NCBI GenBank assembly: GCA_018649625.1
Contig: JABIHN010000075.1
Span: 19,798-83,797 of the forward strand
DNA length: 64,000 nucleotides
Source: Fidelibacterota bacterium
GTDB lineage: Bacteria; Fidelibacterota; Marinisomatia; Marinisomatales; UBA1611
Direction: 5' to 3'
Positions 60,465 through 64,000 of this stretch are shown piece by piece. The notes beneath the pieces were generated by a model that saw only the letters and a list, made by a program, of their open reading frames with translations, was not told the DNA's origin and ran no database searches. Within the stretch, counting starts at the first letter, position 1; each line of letters starts with the position of its first letter. The translations under genes were made by a program, and so were the position numbers.

Positions 60465-61085
60465 TTATCCTACTTTGATTTTTGGTGATTGTGATTCGTT
60501 ATTACTTTCTGGTTCATTTTCTTCAAATACTGCAATTTGCTCACCTAAAGTTGGATCAGCTTCCATCAGATCAGTAATCTCTTTTAGTTTAGGCATATCT
60601 GATATACGATTTAACCCAAAGTGTTCTAAAAATTTTACGGTAGTTTGATAAAGCAATGGACGACCCGGACCTGAATCTCTTCCTTTGATAATTATTAAAT
60701 TTCGAGTTAATAATGTTTTTAGAACACCACTGGAATCCACGCCTCGAATTGCTTCAATTTCATATCGTCCTATGGGCTGTTTATAGGCAATAATTGCCAA
60801 TGAATCTAGTGCAGCAGGTGACAGAGTTAACCTCCCTGATTTATTCAACATTCTACGAATAAAATATTCAAATTTATCTCGAGAAACCAATTGAAACCCA
60901 CCAGCGACTGACCTTATCTCAAATGCATGTTTTTCTTTCTTATATTGAGAATTTAAATTTTCTACCACTTCTACTAAATTAGGAGAGTCCGAATCAAAAA
61001 CACTATTAACTTTTGCTTGAGTTAATGGATCTGGGCTTGCAAAAAGAAGTGCTTCAATAATAATTTTATATTCTGTTTTTTGCAT
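60465..61085 (-). CDS. scpB: Segregation and condensation protein B
   Basis: 206 aa with IEALLFASPDPL, LSPAALDSLAIIAYKQPI and RGVDSSGVLKTLL. Confidence 0.9.
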   Translation of the reverse strand: MQKTEYKIIIEALLFASPDPLTQAKVNSVFDSDSPNLVEVVENLNSQYKKEKHAFEIRSVAGGFQLVSRDKFEYFIRRMLNKSGRLTLSPAALDSLAIIAYKQPIGRYEIEAIRGVDSSGVLKTLLTRNLIIIKGRDSGPGRPLLYQTTVKFLEHFGLNRISDMPKLKEITDLMEADPTLGEQIAVFEENEPESNNESQSPKIKVG

Positions 61086-61813
61086 TAAGCTATAGCCCCT
61101 ATATGAATTAATACAATATCATCAAATACATCATTTTGTTCAAAAGAACATGTTCCATCCCGTATGAGATCGAGAATTGCTAGAAATGTAACAATTATTT
61201 CCATTCGAGTTTTTAAATTTTTCAGTAAAGTTGAAAACGATAACCTTCCTTCACCATCAAAATACTTAAAAAGGAATTCTTTTTGTTGCTCCAATTTTAT
61301 TGGTTCTCTATTTAATTCAAACTGAGACATGACAGGGCGATTTTCCATGGCCTGTTTAAATACGCGAGCTAAATCATAAAGCGTTACATCTCGAAGCGCT
61401 GATCCAATTTCAACCCCTTCACTATTTTTTATTTCTTGTTCAAATTGTCTTGGTAAAATATGACTTCTATCATCCGCCATCGAGTTCAACATGTTTGCAG
61501 CATCTCGAAATCGCTTATAGTCAATCAATTGTTGCATTAATTGTGTACGTGGATCAATGATTTCACCATCATCATCCAACTCTGGTCTAGGAATCATCAT
61601 TTTTGCTTTAACACGCATCAGGGTAGATGCCATAACAATAAATTCACCTGCAACTAACATATTCATCCGTTTCCAATCTTCAATAATTTCAATGAATTCT
61701 TTAGTTATTTGCCCAATTGGAATATCATAAATATCTAACTCATCTCGGCGAATAAAGTATAATAGAAGATCTAAAGGTCCTTCAAAATTTTCTAACTGAA
61801 CACGATAGGACAT
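61085..61813 (-). CDS. scpA: Segregation and condensation protein A
   Basis: 242 aa with FEGPLDLLLYFIRRDELDIYDIPI and a C-terminal winged-helix region. Confidence 0.9.
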   Translation of the reverse strand: MSYRVQLENFEGPLDLLLYFIRRDELDIYDIPIGQITKEFIEIIEDWKRMNMLVAGEFIVMASTLMRVKAKMMIPRPELDDDGEIIDPRTQLMQQLIDYKRFRDAANMLNSMADDRSHILPRQFEQEIKNSEGVEIGSALRDVTLYDLARVFKQAMENRPVMSQFELNREPIKLEQQKEFLFKYFDGEGRLSFSTLLKNLKTRMEIIVTFLAILDLIRDGTCSFEQNDVFDDIVLIHIGAIA

Positions 61814-62796
61814 TATTGATAATTAATTCCAGATGCTGTACGGACACGTTCAAGAACCTCATCAGCTACCGTACTAGCTTTTTCAGCACCTATTTTTAAT
61901 ATTTCATATACATGCATCGGATTGGAAACTAATGATTCTCTCTTTTCTCTGAATGGTCCAAAATAATCCATAATCAATTCGAATAATTCTTGTTTTACAT
62001 CGCCATATCTTAGAGACGTGCCATCATATCTATCTGATAGATTCTTCTGTTCATCTATATTTAAGAACATAGAATAAAGATTAAATAATGGAGTATTTTT
62101 ATCTTTAGGATGATCAATCTCTGTTGTATCTGTTACAATTTTCATTACTTTTTTTCGAATTTTCTTTTCTGTATCAAAAAGTGGGATTGTATTATTATAT
62201 GACTTACTCATTTTCTGCCCATCAATGCCAGGAATAAGTTGAGTATTTTCTTCAATATCTGGCTCAGGTACAATTAATGTATCGCCATAGACACTATTAA
62301 ATCGGATTGCCATATCTCTTGTCATTTCAAGATGTTGTTTTTGATCCTTCCCAACAGGAACGATTTGGCTATCAAATAATAAAATATCAGCAGCCATTAA
62401 AACAGGATAGGAGAATAAGCCCATATTCGGCTTGATCCCTTGAGCAATTTTATTTTTATATGATGTTGCTCTATCCATTAATCCCACACTAGTATGAGAT
62501 GCTATTAGCCAAGTTAATTCGGTGACTTTAGGCACATCTGATTGAACCCAAAAAGTTGATTTTTCAGGGTCAAGACCTAAGGCAAGAAAATCACATGCAG
62601 CATTAAATGTATTGGATTTTAATGTATCTGAATCTGGTAAAGTTGTCATTGCGTGGTAATTTGCAATGAAACAAAATAGTTCGTTTTCTTCTTGGTATTT
62701 AATCATTCGGGACATCATCCCAAAATAATTTCCTAGGTGTAATGCTCCGGAAGGCTGAATTCCGCTAAGGACTCTTAAATTTTTCTTTTCTGACAT
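61813..62796 (-). CDS. trpS: Tryptophanyl-tRNA synthetase
   Basis: 327 aa with GIQPSGALHLGNY (HIGH-like) and KMSKS. Confidence 0.95.
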   Translation of the reverse strand: MSEKKNLRVLSGIQPSGALHLGNYFGMMSRMIKYQEENELFCFIANYHAMTTLPDSDTLKSNTFNAACDFLALGLDPEKSTFWVQSDVPKVTELTWLIASHTSVGLMDRATSYKNKIAQGIKPNMGLFSYPVLMAADILLFDSQIVPVGKDQKQHLEMTRDMAIRFNSVYGDTLIVPEPDIEENTQLIPGIDGQKMSKSYNNTIPLFDTEKKIRKKVMKIVTDTTEIDHPKDKNTPLFNLYSMFLNIDEQKNLSDRYDGTSLRYGDVKQELFELIMDYFGPFREKRESLVSNPMHVYEILKIGAEKASTVADEVLERVRTASGINYQ

Positions 62797-62813
62797 TATT
62801 AATTTTGAATAGT

Positions 62814-63368
62814 TTAGTTAATTGTAAATGGTTCCATGAATAAATAGGGCCGCCAATTTTGTTGCTGATCTTTCACATATTTCTGGAAATACATTAATCG
62901 ATTTGGTCTTTTCGGCAATCGGTTTAGAAGCATATTTGATTCATCAATTGTTTTATCGCCTTTTCTTTGATTACAAGGTTTACACGCAGCAACAAGATTT
63001 TCCCAAGTATCTAACCCGCCTTTACCTTTTGGAATAATATGGTCTATGGTAAGTGCCGTTTTCGAAACACCACAATATTGACAAATATGGTTGTCTCGAG
63101 CTATCACATTTTTACGATTTAAATCAACCGATAAGTTATCAAAGCGAATATAATCTCTAATTTTTATTACGCTCGGTAAATGTAAAGAAAGAGATGGACT
63201 ATGAACTTGTTCATCATAATTCACTAAAACTTCAACCTTTCTTAGGTAATCTAAACAAATTGCCCGCCTTGCAGTGCAAATCATCATCGGCGAATAATTT
63301 GCATTTAATACCAATACTGCTCGATTGAGCAAATGACCATTTATTGCATTGGAGGATGGCATTTTCAC
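62814..63368 (-). CDS. HNH endonuclease-domain protein
   Basis: 184 aa with CQYCG...TIDHIIPKGKGGLDTWENLVAACKPCNQRKG, preceded by an uncharacterised N-terminal domain of about 90 aa. Confidence 0.8.
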   Translation of the reverse strand: MKMPSSNAINGHLLNRAVLVLNANYSPMMICTARRAICLDYLRKVEVLVNYDEQVHSPSLSLHLPSVIKIRDYIRFDNLSVDLNRKNVIARDNHICQYCGVSKTALTIDHIIPKGKGGLDTWENLVAACKPCNQRKGDKTIDESNMLLNRLPKRPNRLMYFQKYVKDQQQNWRPYLFMEPFTIN

Positions 63369-64000
63369 TGGTGAAACTTACGTTGGATTGAATGGCTTGA
63401 CAGGTACATATCTATGAGTTTTTGATTTACATTTTCATCATTAGGATCTAATGACTCTTCTTTTACTTTTCCTTGAGAATGTAATATTTTTTTTCCACCC
63501 GTAGAAAAAGCAACATGTGTCACTATATCATTTTTTCCAAAAAAATGAAGGTCGCCCCTACCTGTTTGATTCATTGAAATTTCATCATCCACAAAGAATT
63601 CTTGTTGCTGATAGGAATCTCTGGGGATATCTAAACCACATGCTTTTAACACCGATTGAACTAGGCCAGAACAATCTATACCCAAGGATGTTTTACCACC
63701 CCATTTATAAGGTGTTCCTAACAGATTCTTGGCAATGGGTATTATTTGTTCAAATCCTATTTTTTCTATTATTGGGATAGTGCCTTCAATGGAATCGTTT
63801 ACTTTTGCACCAAATGGAAATTTTGAATCAAAGTGACGCATTTTATTAGGAAATACGACCTTATGAGTTGGATTGTTTTTATTAGACGATTTATGACCAT
63901 AAAAGGAATTTACCCATCCTTTATAATTATCTTCACATTTAATTTGAATCCAATTTTCATAATGATCCAATATTTGGCAAGATTCGCCGTAAATAGCTTC
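63365..64000 (-). CDS. NlpC/P60 (C40) peptidoglycan peptidase (probably N-terminally truncated by the window edge)
   Basis: Contains YKWGGKTSLGIDCSGLVQ (catalytic Cys) and ...GDLHFF...THVAF. The reading frame stays open upstream of the TTG at 63970 to position 64000 (EAIYGESCQI...). Confidence 0.8.
   Translation of the reverse strand, partial: EAIYGESCQILDHYENWIQIKCEDNYKGWVNSFYGHKSSNKNNPTHKVVFPNKMRHFDSKFPFGAKVNDSIEGTIPIIEKIGFEQIIPIAKNLLGTPYKWGGKTSLGIDCSGLVQSVLKACGLDIPRDSYQQQEFFVDDEISMNQTGRGDLHFFGKNDIVTHVAFSTGGKKILHSQGKVKEESLDPNDENVNQKLIDMYLSSHSIQRKFHQ

Noticed and set aside
1-64000. A search by eye for CRISPR repeats, tRNA/rRNA genes, IS elements, integrases, toxin-antitoxin pairs, reverse transcriptases or defence islands
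   Set aside because: None was found. Intergenic gaps are at most about 280 bp and AT-rich, and every long ORF is accounted for by metabolic, envelope or housekeeping functions. A computational scan (tRNAscan, Rfam, repeat finder) is still needed to exclude short elements.

Overview
This is a low-GC (about one third GC by eye), very gene-dense bacterial chromosome segment. Genes often overlap by 1-30 nt, and intergenic gaps rarely exceed 250 bp. I found no rRNA, tRNA, CRISPR array, transposase, integrase or phage genes. Most of the window is core metabolism and housekeeping. From the left edge: pdxT/pdxS, ispH, nrnA, a PduO-type adenosyltransferase and an ArsB/NhaD-like transporter. Then comes a large minus-strand respiratory block: nqrM, apbE, nqrFEDCBA, followed by an 11-gene nuo locus (nuoN-A) that lacks nuoE/F/G. 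A short plus-strand islet follows (proline dehydrogenase, CoA-binding protein, methyltransferase, Nudix, secreted GH10-like hydrolase). Next come nadK, xseBA, an unlisted 30-aa bS22-like basic peptide, HU/IHF, MltD-like transglycosylase, DUF2851, plsC and serS. A polysaccharide locus of about 17.5 kb spans 35.2-52.8 kb. It encodes Wza, an HTH-extended Wzz, Wzx, a sulfotransferase, a CDP-alcohol phosphatidyltransferase, Wzy, GT4, GT26, an SDR, UDP-xylose synthase, the priming phosphotransferase, an unknown outer-membrane protein, rmlABC and ugd. The right end is a housekeeping run: vWA/BatA-like protein, tsaD, YbbR-like, rpsA, cmk, rluB-like, scpBA, trpS, HNH and NlpC/P60. Several features suggest an FCB-group (Bacteroidota/Marinimicrobia-like) marine organism, but this is inference only: sparse Shine-Dalgarno sequences, TAnnTTTG-like motifs, the bS22-like peptide, DUF2851, the BatA_N protein, and nqr together with an EFG-less nuo. 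The most unusual items are the apparently fused nuo-nqr-apbE supercluster, the HTH-Wzz fusion, and the sulfotransferase plus CDP-alcohol phosphatidyltransferase pair inside the Wzx/Wzy locus. I see no clear, self-contained novel system such as a defence island. All calls rest on my reading of translated motifs, not on database searches.
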